From Halomicronema hongdechloris C2206 (GTDB taxonomy: Bacteria > Cyanobacteriota > Cyanobacteriia > Phormidesmidales > Phormidesmidaceae), in the NCBI RefSeq assembly GCF_002075285.3, contig NZ_CP021983.2, positions 1,230,001 to 1,262,000 on the forward strand: 32,000 nucleotides of DNA. The letters run 5' to 3'. The notes below the pieces were generated by a model. The model did no database searches, was not told where the DNA came from, and saw nothing but the letters and a program-made list of their open reading frames with translations. This document shows positions 15,886 through 24,180 of this stretch, piece by piece. The translations under genes were made by a program, and so were the position numbers. Positions within the stretch are counted from its first letter, which is position 1; every line of letters begins with the position of its first letter.

Positions 15886-18423
15886 TTAGGCAGAGTCGTG
15901 GGCATCAATAGCCACCGCCATCACCTGCATCAACGTATTAGCAGTGGTCTCCTGAAGTCCGGCCTGGTCAAGGGCGCCCTTGATTAAACAGGGAAACACC
16001 ATCAATTGGACATAGTGATTAGCCGCCTGGGTAGCGTCATTGCTGAGGGTAATTAATGGAATCCTCAGCAACCTATCTTGCTGACTCAACGCCTGCAGAT
16101 ACGCAGCCACATCTGGAATGTCGGGATCCAGCAGCATCACATCTGGGTGCCAGACTCGACTGATTAAACTCGCCTGCTCCAGATCATCCACCTCCAATAC
16201 TCGACACTGATAGCGATGTAACCAACTACTCAGGTTAAGCCCATCTGGCTTAGAGGAGTCAGCAAAAGACGGTTCCGGTCGCAACAGCAGCACTGTGCGC
16301 TGACGCAAGACCTCTGGCTGTGGCGTCGGAAACAACAGCGTATTCAGGTGGATGGGCAGCTCTGCAATCGCCACAGGAGTCGGAATCCAGCCCGAGAGAA
16401 CTTCGGCCGCAGTCTCCTCAGGGGGGTGCGGTGTCAAGGCAATCATGGCGCATGGCTGCGCCTGAGACATTGCCATCAGGGAGTGTTGCCGATCCGCCAT
16501 CCCCAGCCCTTGCCACTGCAGTAACAGTGCCTCCGGTTGCAACCGCGAGACCATATCTTGGGCTTCGGGCCAGGAACGAGCCACCACCACCCGATAGGAA
16601 GATGATCGCACCCCCTCCGTGACCGCCTTGATCAACACCGGATCCACCGCCGCCAAGACCAATAATCGAGTCATTGGCTCCAATACGGGTTGCCCAGGGG
16701 GTTGAGTCAACGCCGGTGCCGGTAATAGCAGGGTAAATTCGCTGCCCTGGTGAGGATAGGAGACAAAACTCAAGTCTCCTCCATGGAGACGAGCCAGTTG
16801 CCGGGTTAACGGCAGCCCCAGGCCAGTTCCCCCCTGGGCCATCGCCGGCGTAGTTAGCAAATGAGATTGCTCATTAATAGCAATCCCTTCTCCCCGATCC
16901 CAGACGATCAGCCCCAACCAGGACCCCCAGCGCTCAATACGCATGCCCCAAGGAGTATCACTAGGGGTATGACGCTGGGCATTATCGATCAGATGATCAA
17001 GCATCTGGTGCAGGCGACTAGGATCGGCAAAGATGCGATGCTGGGATAGCCTCTCCCGAGGATCAGCCTCGCTCCCAGCCACCGTGACATACTCTGTCCA
17101 AGACTCTTGGGCATCTAGGCGAGGGACGAGCACCTGCTGGCATAGGGTCTCCAAATTCAGCCACTCAGAATTTAAGGCCAATTGTCCCCGGGACAACCGC
17201 ATCCAATCAGACATCTGATCCACCAAGGTCATCAGCTCGCGGGCATTGCGGTGAATCAGATCGACATAGCGTCGTTGCTTATCGGTTAAGGTCCCTAATC
17301 GCTGGTTTTGCAATAGATTAGACAGTCCCAGCAGGGACGTCAGCGGGGTTTTCAGGTCGTGTCCTAAGCCCACCAGCCAGTCAGCATCATCGGCATCAAC
17401 TATTCCCTGAGTCTGAGGATCTGTCTCAGCCAGGGGCTGATAGGCAATGACCAACCAGCTATCTCTGAGCTCATCGCCCGATAAGGACTGAGTAGAGCCT
17501 GATAATGCTCGATCGAGCCCATTTGCGAACGATAGGGGGAGTTTCAAGAAGGCCCACCGTTGCCAGGAACCATCCCCCAAGGGGTAGTCAGTCGGCGGCA
17601 AGTATTGCCACCGCCCAGGCAACCCAGATAGGTGCTGTAAAATCTGCTGATTATCATTGGAAAGGCTAGGCGTGGCCGCCAACAGACGAGTATCACAGGA
17701 GGGCGGCACTAGGTTTTGTGTGAGCCCAGTCGGCATGAAATCAGCCCCTAGTCGCGACCGCCAGGTAAGATTGAAAAAAGAAGATTGCTCTGTTCCCCAC
17801 TGCAGCATTAGCGGCATGGGAACGGCATCCAACAAGGTTAACCACTCCTGAAACGGCCCCGTTTGGGATGGCAATGCTGGTGTCCTCGGAGCCAAGGCAG
17901 GCGGAGTCTGGTTCCATGGCCATCGCAAAAACGGCAGCAGCCGACGACACTCGATCAGACCCAAATAGGTCTGCTGGGCATCAACCACTGCCCAATGGCT
18001 AGCATCTCCATCGGCTAGCGAGGTCCAAAATTCAGCCAGAGACCAGTGATGGGGAATGACTGCCACCGACTCCACCAGCTCCTTGCAATCCATGACTAGG
18101 GTCTGCGTTAACCGGGCAGAGAGTTCAGAGGAGTGTTGGGTCAACTGAGCGACGCTCATGGATGCTGCAGTGGAAGCCCCATGGTAGACAGCTTCATTGC
18201 TTAGATGACTCAAGACATAAGCCATCAGCCGTCCGGCCCGAATCAAGCCAATGGGAAAGGCGGGATGCTCAAGGACAACGATGACGTCATGCTGACCAGT
18301 ACCAAGCTGCTCCACGACCGTCGCGAGGGAGGTGAGCTGGTGACAACTGGGAGCGCAGGACAAAAACTGCAGCAGAGAGGGCATGGCGATAGTAGGAACG
18401 GGAGCAACCCATAATTCAGACAA
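15886..18423 (-). CDS. Sensor histidine kinase: CBS-like pair, central sensory region, HisKA, HATPase_c and two degenerate receiver-like domains
   Basis: 845-aa ORF. Kinase motifs are the H-box WLVGLGHDLKTPLTSLLGLSNLL, the N-box LIDNAQRHT, G1 VWDRGEGI and G2 GTGLGLPLTRQLA. The N-terminus has two CBS-like units (VIVVLEHPAFPIGLIRAGRLMAYVL; HWAVVDAQQTYLGLIECRRLLPFL). The first C-terminal receiver-like fold (RLLVLAAVDP ... ALLLQWQG) has no phospho-acceptor Asp. The second (VLLLRPEP ... VMLLDPDIP ... ITLS) keeps an Asp at the acceptor position but has lost the acidic pair. Confidence 0.85.
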   Translation of the reverse strand: MSELWVAPVPTIAMPSLLQFLSCAPSCHQLTSLATVVEQLGTGQHDVIVVLEHPAFPIGLIRAGRLMAYVLSHLSNEAVYHGASTAASMSVAQLTQHSSELSARLTQTLVMDCKELVESVAVIPHHWSLAEFWTSLADGDASHWAVVDAQQTYLGLIECRRLLPFLRWPWNQTPPALAPRTPALPSQTGPFQEWLTLLDAVPMPLMLQWGTEQSSFFNLTWRSRLGADFMPTGLTQNLVPPSCDTRLLAATPSLSNDNQQILQHLSGLPGRWQYLPPTDYPLGDGSWQRWAFLKLPLSFANGLDRALSGSTQSLSGDELRDSWLVIAYQPLAETDPQTQGIVDADDADWLVGLGHDLKTPLTSLLGLSNLLQNQRLGTLTDKQRRYVDLIHRNARELMTLVDQMSDWMRLSRGQLALNSEWLNLETLCQQVLVPRLDAQESWTEYVTVAGSEADPRERLSQHRIFADPSRLHQMLDHLIDNAQRHTPSDTPWGMRIERWGSWLGLIVWDRGEGIAINEQSHLLTTPAMAQGGTGLGLPLTRQLARLHGGDLSFVSYPHQGSEFTLLLPAPALTQPPGQPVLEPMTRLLVLAAVDPVLIKAVTEGVRSSSYRVVVARSWPEAQDMVSRLQPEALLLQWQGLGMADRQHSLMAMSQAQPCAMIALTPHPPEETAAEVLSGWIPTPVAIAELPIHLNTLLFPTPQPEVLRQRTVLLLRPEPSFADSSKPDGLNLSSWLHRYQCRVLEVDDLEQASLISRVWHPDVMLLDPDIPDVAAYLQALSQQDRLLRIPLITLSNDATQAANHYVQLMVFPCLIKGALDQAGLQETTANTLMQVMAVAIDAHDSA

Positions 18424-18617
18424 ACATGTTTCTTGATATGTATCGAAAATTGATAAGGGGGTGGTCTGGGTATCTGCCCAGGTTGGAGCCCTGAGCGCTC
18501 TCGGCTGCCTGAGCTACCTGACAAACGCTACGGTTGCTCGCTGAGTGTTACTTAGATTATGACGACCGCCACCGATTTTGGGAACCTTTAGAATAACTCT
18601 AGAGTCCTTCATCATCT

Positions 18618-18648
18618 TTTAAGATTCTTCGGTGTCCTTTAAGATTCT
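18618..18648. promoter_or_regulatory. 11-bp direct repeat TTTAAGATTCT x2, start-to-start spacing 20 bp, in the kinase/kaiA divergent promoter region
   Basis: Read directly at 18618-18628 and 18638-18648, which is 83-113 bp upstream of the kaiA start. Phased direct repeats are the usual site architecture for OmpR-family regulators. Confidence 0.3.
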
Positions 18649-18730
18649 GGTTGAATGGCCCTTTGGTCTGACGGCTGCCGTTATCCGATAGCCGTGGTTG
18701 CTGTTGTGTGAACTTGGTTGAGCCACGATT

Positions 18731-19666
18731 TTGTCTACAAAACTGTTACTCAATATCTTTCTCCCTTCTCGGGAGCTAACCCAAGCCCTGCATCAGCACT
18801 TGGACGGAATGACGTATCTGACCCACTGGAGCGAGTCCGAAGCGGATTTTTTTGCCTGGACGAGCCGCAACTGTCATCGCATCGACTGCCTGATTCTACA
18901 GAGTAATCAGCAGCTAGATGCCATCATGCAACAGCTGAGGGAGCGGGATATCCTACTACCTGCGATTATCCTCAGTCGTCAGGCAGCTGGTTCCGGTGAG
19001 GGCTCCCCTGACAACAGGAATGACAACACCAAAGCAGTCTCCTCGGTAGAGTCCTTTGAGCATTGTCGGAATGTGATTGCTGCCTACCACCGTGCGATCG
19101 CATGTCTGACCCTATCCGATCTTGATCAGCTAGAGCGCCATATTCATCAAGCCATCGACCAATTTCTCAAACTTCCGGCAGTCAGTAACACCTCCCCTGC
19201 CCATGCAACAGCTGGAGATCCAGCCCCCAGCTCTCATCATGTCCTCCTGAGTTTGCAGCAACAGCGCCTCAACGACAAGCTCAGAGAACGCCTGAACTAT
19301 CTAGGGGTTTACTACAAGCGAAATCCTGAGAATTTTCTGCGCCATATGAGTCAGGCCGACCGACAAGAACTCCTAGACAAGCTACGGTCAGACTATCGCC
19401 TGATCGTCCTCAGCTACTTCTCCAACGATGCCAGCCTTAACCAGAAAATCGACGACTTTGTCAATGTGGCCTTTTTCGCGGATGCCTCGGTATCCCAGAT
19501 CGTTGAGATCCATATGGAGTTGATGGATGCCTTTGCCAAACAGCTAAAGTTAGAGGGACGCAGCGAAGAGATTTTATTGGACTATCGCCTCACCTTGATC
19601 GATGTGATTGCCCATCTGTGTGAGATGTATCGCCGCTCCATTCCCCGGGAAAACCAAGAAAAGTAA
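18731..19666 (+). CDS. kaiA: Circadian clock protein KaiA
   Basis: The C-terminal half is nearly identical to my recollection of S. elongatus KaiA (LGVYYKRNPENFLR, IVLSYFS, NQKIDDFVNVAFFAD, VEIHMELMDAFAKQLKLEGRSEEILLDYRLTLIDVIAHLCEMYRRSIPRE). The N-terminus is a pseudo-receiver (IDCLILQ ... LLPAIIL). The start is TTG at 18731, and an in-frame TGA lies at 18719-18721. Confidence 0.95.
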   Translation: MSTKLLLNIFLPSRELTQALHQHLDGMTYLTHWSESEADFFAWTSRNCHRIDCLILQSNQQLDAIMQQLRERDILLPAIILSRQAAGSGEGSPDNRNDNTKAVSSVESFEHCRNVIAAYHRAIACLTLSDLDQLERHIHQAIDQFLKLPAVSNTSPAHATAGDPAPSSHHVLLSLQQQRLNDKLRERLNYLGVYYKRNPENFLRHMSQADRQELLDKLRSDYRLIVLSYFSNDASLNQKIDDFVNVAFFADASVSQIVEIHMELMDAFAKQLKLEGRSEEILLDYRLTLIDVIAHLCEMYRRSIPRENQEK

Positions 19667-19699
19667 GGGAGGCCGCATCCGGTCAGAGCGCAGCCTCCC
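19667..19699 (+). terminator. GC-rich hairpin immediately after the kaiA stop codon
   Basis: GGGAGGC (19667-19673) pairs perfectly with GCCTCCC (19693-19699). The T-tail is weak (TGACAGCATTTCCTTTC). It may separate the kaiA and kaiB(C) transcripts. Confidence 0.35.
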
Positions 19700-19821
19700 T
19701 GACAGCATTTCCTTTCGGGGTGAGGTATAGCCTATCTCCTGAAGTCAAGGGATTCATGACTAACCTTGTCCCTCACTAGATTCAGAAACGCCGTATCTTT
19801 AATCAATAACGTCGAGGATTT

Positions 19822-20136
19822 ATGAGTAAGCTCAAAAAAACCTACATCCTGAAGCTGTACGTAGCCGGCAACACGCCCAATTCGATTCGGGCCCTCAAGA
19901 CCTTAAACAACATCCTAGAAGAAGAGTTTCAGGGGGTGTACGCCTTAAAAGTCATCGACGTGCTGAAAAACCCCCAGCTAGCCGAGGAAGACAAGATCTT
20001 GGCTACACCCACCCTATCCAAGATATTGCCACCGCCAGTGCGCAAGATCATCGGCGACCTCTCGGATCGAGAGCGAGTGTTGGTTGGCCTTGACCTGCTC
20101 TACGATGAATTGCGTGATGATGAGTTCTACAGTTGA
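19822..20136 (+). CDS. kaiB: Circadian clock protein KaiB
   Basis: 104 aa containing [64 protein letters not shown] Shine-Dalgarno lies 4 nt upstream of the ATG. Confidence 0.97.
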   Translation: MSKLKKTYILKLYVAGNTPNSIRALKTLNNILEEEFQGVYALKVIDVLKNPQLAEEDKILATPTLSKILPPPVRKIIGDLSDRERVLVGLDLLYDELRDDEFYS

Positions 20137-20367
20137 CGCCAGATCCATATCTGGTTCAGATCAAAATTGATCATTATTAGTTCAGTAAATCGTCAGGACT
20201 GAACTTGGACAAGGTTTATACTGGTTGTCTGCCCGTAAATACTGGGAAAGATACCGGTTCTAGGGCACCATAAGGACACTATCACCTCGCCCGTCTCGAG
20301 GAATTAGCTCCCGGGTACCCGAGAGGATCCCTACCCTTTAACCAAACCTCTTTTTGATACAACGACG

Positions 20368-21924
20368 ATGACTCAATCTCCCCAAAGCGCTCAGATTAAT
20401 CCATCTAAGCACGCCGGGCTAGAGAAGATTCGCACCCTGATCGAAGGCTTTGACGACATCAGCCATGGGGGCTTGCCCATTGGCCGCTCTACCCTAGTCA
20501 GTGGCACCTCGGGCACAGGCAAAACCCTGATGGCCGTACAGTTCTTGTACAACGGCATTGTCCACTTCGATGAGCCCGGTGTATTTGTCACCTTTGAGGA
20601 GTCTCCCAGAGATATCATCAAAAATGCCAGTAGCTTTGGCTGGGACTTGCAAGCCCTCATTGACGACAGCAAGCTCTTCATCCTAGATGCCTCACCCGAT
20701 CCCGAGGGCCAAGAGGTGGTTGGCAACTTCGATCTCTCAGCCTTGATCGAACGGATTCAATATGCCATCCGCAAGTACAAGGCAAAACGGGTCTCGATTG
20801 ACTCTGTCACCGCCGTATTTCAGCAGTACGAAGCGATTTCCGTGGTACGGCGAGAGATCTTTCGGCTGGTGGCCCGTCTGAAGCAGATGGGCGTGACCAC
20901 AGTAATGACTACAGAGCGGGTAGATGAGTATGGCCCGGTAGCTCGTTATGGCGTGGAGGAATTTGTCTCGGACAACGTGGTGATCATTCGCAATGTCCTC
21001 GAGGGTGAGCGTCGGCGCCGCACCGTCGAGATCTTGAAACTGCGAGGTACCACCCACATGAAGGGAGAGTATCCCTTCACCATCACCGATGAGGGCATGA
21101 ACATCTTTCCCCTAGGAGCCATGCGCCTGACTCAGCGTTCCTCCAATGCGCGGGTATCCTCCGGGGTTAAGACCTTAGACGAGATGTGTGGGGGCGGCTT
21201 CTTCAAAGACTCCATCATTCTGGCCACCGGTGCTACCGGCACCGGCAAGACTCTGCTGGTGAGCAAGTTCCTGGTAGATGGCTGCAAGACCGGAGAACGG
21301 GCCATGCTATTTGCCTACGAAGAATCCCGGGCCCAGCTCTCTCGCAACGCCTACTCCTGGGGCATTGACTTCGAAAAGATGGAACAGGAAGGGTTACTCA
21401 AAATCATCTGTGCCTATCCGGAGTCAGCCGGATTAGAAGATCACCTGCAAATTATCAAGACCGAGATCTCCCAATTCAAGCCCGCCCGCATGGCGATTGA
21501 TTCCCTGTCTGCCCTCGATCGGGGCGTCAGCAATAATTCCTTTCGCCAGTTCGTGATCGGGGTAACGGGCTTCGCCAAGCAAGAAGAGATCACCGGATTC
21601 TTTACCAATACGACGGAGCAGTTCATGGGGCTGCACTCCATCACCGAGTCTCACATCTCCACCATCACCGACACTATCTTGATGCTGCAGTATGTCGAGG
21701 TACGAGGGGAGATGTCGCGGGCCATCAATGTCTTCAAGATGCGCGGCTCCTGGCACGACAAGGGCATTCGCGAGTACACCATCAGCAGTCACGGACCGGA
21801 GATCAAAGATTCCTTCCGCAACCTGGAACGCATCATCAGCGGCTCCCCCACCCGTATTTCCATCGACGAGAAGAGCGAGCTCTCTCGCATCGTCAAGGGC
21901 GTGCAGGGAGATGAACCCGTGTAG
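20368..21924 (+). CDS. kaiC: Circadian clock ATPase/autokinase KaiC
   Basis: 518 aa with duplicated RecA-like halves and Walker A motifs GTSGTGKT and GATGTGKT. It also has IEGFDDISHGGLP, the phosphosite context SHISTITDT, and the C-terminal region RGSWHDKGIREY ... SGSPTRISIDEKSELSRIV. Confidence 0.98.
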   Translation: MTQSPQSAQINPSKHAGLEKIRTLIEGFDDISHGGLPIGRSTLVSGTSGTGKTLMAVQFLYNGIVHFDEPGVFVTFEESPRDIIKNASSFGWDLQALIDDSKLFILDASPDPEGQEVVGNFDLSALIERIQYAIRKYKAKRVSIDSVTAVFQQYEAISVVRREIFRLVARLKQMGVTTVMTTERVDEYGPVARYGVEEFVSDNVVIIRNVLEGERRRRTVEILKLRGTTHMKGEYPFTITDEGMNIFPLGAMRLTQRSSNARVSSGVKTLDEMCGGGFFKDSIILATGATGTGKTLLVSKFLVDGCKTGERAMLFAYEESRAQLSRNAYSWGIDFEKMEQEGLLKIICAYPESAGLEDHLQIIKTEISQFKPARMAIDSLSALDRGVSNNSFRQFVIGVTGFAKQEEITGFFTNTTEQFMGLHSITESHISTITDTILMLQYVEVRGEMSRAINVFKMRGSWHDKGIREYTISSHGPEIKDSFRNLERIISGSPTRISIDEKSELSRIVKGVQGDEPV

Positions 21925-22054
21925 ACCGACCTATCAATACGTCCATAACACCTAGGAAGGTTTGGGCATCTTGCGTGCTCTTGTAGTCCCTTCCCGTTCC
22001 ATAATATGATTAGAGATAATACACTGAATCATACTTTATAGTGTGACTTACAGT

Positions 22055-22309
22055 ATGAGCACTTCATCGACTAAGCGCCGCGTCTCAGTCACGATTGACG
22101 CTGATTTACTCGATGCCATTGATCAGTTTTCCGATAATCGCTCGGCAGCAATCGAAGAGGCGTTGCGGCTCTGGCGTGTTCAAAAAATTCAAGAACAACT
22201 ACAGCAGTACTATCAGAGCCGTCGTCAGGCTGATGTTGAGGAAGAGGAGCAATGGGCTACTCTAGCCGAGCAACAGCTTGAAGAAACCCTGGAAGCGGAA
22301 GAGTTATAG
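22055..22309 (+). CDS. Ribbon-helix-helix (CopG/MazE-like) antitoxin
   Basis: RVSVTIDADLLDAIDQFSDNRSAAIEEALRLW is a typical RHH N-terminus, followed by an acidic C-terminal tail. It ends 2 nt before the toxin ATG. The longest ORF starts with GTG at 22043. Confidence 0.7.
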   Translation: MSTSSTKRRVSVTIDADLLDAIDQFSDNRSAAIEEALRLWRVQKIQEQLQQYYQSRRQADVEEEEQWATLAEQQLEETLEAEEL

Positions 22310-22311
22310 AG

Positions 22312-22668
22312 ATGCGGGCTGCTTACCCACGGCAAGGCCAGGTGTTTTTGATCAAAGCGCTTAGGTCTATTGAGGATACGAAGAAACATCCAGCGGTGGT
22401 GGTATCGATAGATCTGCGAAATGAGTTGAGCCGCACGGTATTAGTCGTGCCGTTCACGAGTAATATCAGCAGTGGCGAAACGCCGACTCGGATTCTGGTT
22501 CCGGCTGGTGCAGGGGGCTTAGATACCAATTCCATGGCGATATGCGACAACATTCTGGCTGTCCGCAAACGCTATCTGGAGCAAGGCCCTTACGGTCAAA
22601 TCAGCCAGTCGTTGCTTCGGCGTATTCAACAAGGCATCCAAATCGCGATTGGAGTTTATCCGGTTTAG
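22312..22668 (+). CDS. PemK/MazF-family type II toxin (endoribonuclease)
   Basis: 118 aa with QGQVFLI ... KKHPAVVVS ... RTVLVVPFTS ... SMAICDNILAVRKRYL, the MazF/PemK SH3-like barrel pattern. It is tightly coupled to the upstream RHH gene. Confidence 0.75.
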   Translation: MRAAYPRQGQVFLIKALRSIEDTKKHPAVVVSIDLRNELSRTVLVVPFTSNISSGETPTRILVPAGAGGLDTNSMAICDNILAVRKRYLEQGPYGQISQSLLRRIQQGIQIAIGVYPV

Positions 22669-22724
22669 GAACTTAACGTTAAGCGGCTATCCCTGAACCT
22701 GCCCTAAAGAGACTGTAAAGGAAA

Positions 22725-22798
22725 CGAGCATGGAGGGATTCGAACCCCCGACCCTCAGAACCGGAATCTGATGCTCTATCCAACTGAGCTACATGCCC
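22725..22798 (-). tRNA. tRNA-Arg (anticodon CCG)
   Basis: I folded the cloverleaf by hand from the reverse complement:
- acceptor stem GGGCATG/CATGCTC, with one G-U pair;
- D arm GCTC-AGTTGGATA-GAGC;
- anticodon stem TCAGA/TCTGA with loop TTCCGGT, giving anticodon CCG;
- variable loop GGGTC;
- T arm GGGGG-TTCGAAT-CCCTC;
- discriminator G, with no encoded CCA. Confidence 0.9.
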
Positions 22799-22871
22799 TT
22801 GCGCTTAGCTATTGTAGCACTTACTCTCGGCAGACGCGGTAGGATGATGGCACTTAACCCCTGAGAATCCC

Positions 22872-23558
22872 ATGTCAGTTGACGTGCCATCTGCAGAGAC
22901 CACCAACCTACCCTCAGATAACCTTGCCGAGAATCTCGACGAAACCTCTCCGGCAGGATTAACGGCGGAGCAATACCGTCGCAAGATGGAGCGCCGTAAG
23001 CAAGTGCAGCAGCAACGGTTGGCCCAGCGCACCCAGGAGAAGGGCTTGATCATCGTGCACACCGGCAACGGCAAGGGCAAAACCACGGCGGCCTTGGGCA
23101 TGGTGATGCGATCCCTGGGCCACGGATTTCGGGTGGCCATCGTCCAGTTTATCAAAGGGGCTTGGGAGCCCTCTGAAAAAGCGGTGCTGGGCCACTGGCC
23201 AGAGCAGCTAGAATTCCATGCCCTGGGGGAAGGGTTTACTTGGGAGACCCAAGATCGCGATCGCGACACAGCCAAGGCAGAGCAAGCTTGGGAAGTGGCC
23301 TGGGGCTATCTGCAGAACCCGGCCTATAAGACCATTCTGTTGGACGAGGTGAATGTGGCCCTGAAGCACGGGTTTCTCTCCGTGGATCGAGTGCTGGCGG
23401 GGCTGGCTCAAAAGCCGGAGCACACCCATGTCATCCTGACCGGACGGGGGGCTCCTGCCGCTCTGATTGAAGCAGCCGACTTGGTGACGGAGATGACCTT
23501 GGTGAAGCATCCCTTCCGGGAGCAAGGGGTAAAGGCACAGCCGGGGATTGAGTTTTAG
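22872..23558 (+). CDS. cobO: Cob(I)yrinic acid a,c-diamide adenosyltransferase (CobO/BtuR type)
   Basis: It has the P-loop region GLIIVHTGNGKGKTTAALGMVMRSLGHGFRVAIVQFIKG, plus LLDEVNVAL and the C-terminal LVTEMTLVKHPF. Confidence 0.9.
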   Translation: MSVDVPSAETTNLPSDNLAENLDETSPAGLTAEQYRRKMERRKQVQQQRLAQRTQEKGLIIVHTGNGKGKTTAALGMVMRSLGHGFRVAIVQFIKGAWEPSEKAVLGHWPEQLEFHALGEGFTWETQDRDRDTAKAEQAWEVAWGYLQNPAYKTILLDEVNVALKHGFLSVDRVLAGLAQKPEHTHVILTGRGAPAALIEAADLVTEMTLVKHPFREQGVKAQPGIEF

Positions 23559-23567
23559 GGAGGCATC

Positions 23568-24167
23568 ATGGCGGCTGAGTATCAGCTATCGTTTCTGTCT
23601 GAGGGTGATCAGAAGGCGGCGGAACTATCTTGGGTGTATAACCAGACCCCAACAGGGGACCTGAGCCTAGGGGAACTACAGGGTTGGAAGCAGCGGGTTT
23701 TGGAATTCCAACGATCGGTGCGGGCCACGCCGGTGGTGCGCCAGGGAACTTTGTTTGATGTAACGGCTACGTCAGACCCGCTAGATGCCCTCGATCCCTT
23801 TCATCTGCCCCAGCGGAATGCCGAATTCTGGCGAGGCTGCTTCGATGAGTCTGGCCCCCCTGCCCTTTACTTCGTGGTGGATCACGAATTGCCGCTGTTG
23901 CTGTACGTGGGGGAAACCATCAAGTCCAACCAGCGTTGGCAAGGGGAGCACGACTGCAAGCGCTATATCCTCAATTACATCGCCGCTCACCGGCCCCATG
24001 GGCTGCCGGTGACGGTGAATATCGGCTTTTGGCCCTATGCCCCTTGCGATCGCAAAACTCGCCAAGCCCTAGAGCTAGCGCTGATCCAACGTTGGCGCTC
24101 CCCCTTCAACAAGGAAAACTGGAGGCTGTGGGGCACTCCCTTTGTTGGCAGTAGAGCCCCCGAATGA
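23568..24167 (+). CDS. Conserved hypothetical protein with a GIY-YIG-like module
   Basis: 199 aa. LYFVVDHELPLLLYVGETIKSNQRWQGEHD ... ELALIQRW resembles a GIY-YIG core. The start lies 9 nt after the cobO stop and has a GGGAGG Shine-Dalgarno. Confidence 0.55.
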   Translation: MAAEYQLSFLSEGDQKAAELSWVYNQTPTGDLSLGELQGWKQRVLEFQRSVRATPVVRQGTLFDVTATSDPLDALDPFHLPQRNAEFWRGCFDESGPPALYFVVDHELPLLLYVGETIKSNQRWQGEHDCKRYILNYIAAHRPHGLPVTVNIGFWPYAPCDRKTRQALELALIQRWRSPFNKENWRLWGTPFVGSRAPE

Positions 24168-24180
24168 CTTAGATATGTCC

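Noticed and set aside
22799-22871. Cobalamin riboswitch upstream of cobO (also checked at 25366-25508, upstream of the B12-radical SAM gene)
   Set aside because: Both regions are too short, and I could not find a B12-box-like core or the multi-stem architecture. An Infernal scan would settle it.
21925-22871. Genomic island or prophage integrated at tRNA-Arg
   Set aside because: There is no integrase, no recognisable att direct repeat and no phage genes. Only the two-gene toxin-antitoxin module lies between the tRNA and kaiC.
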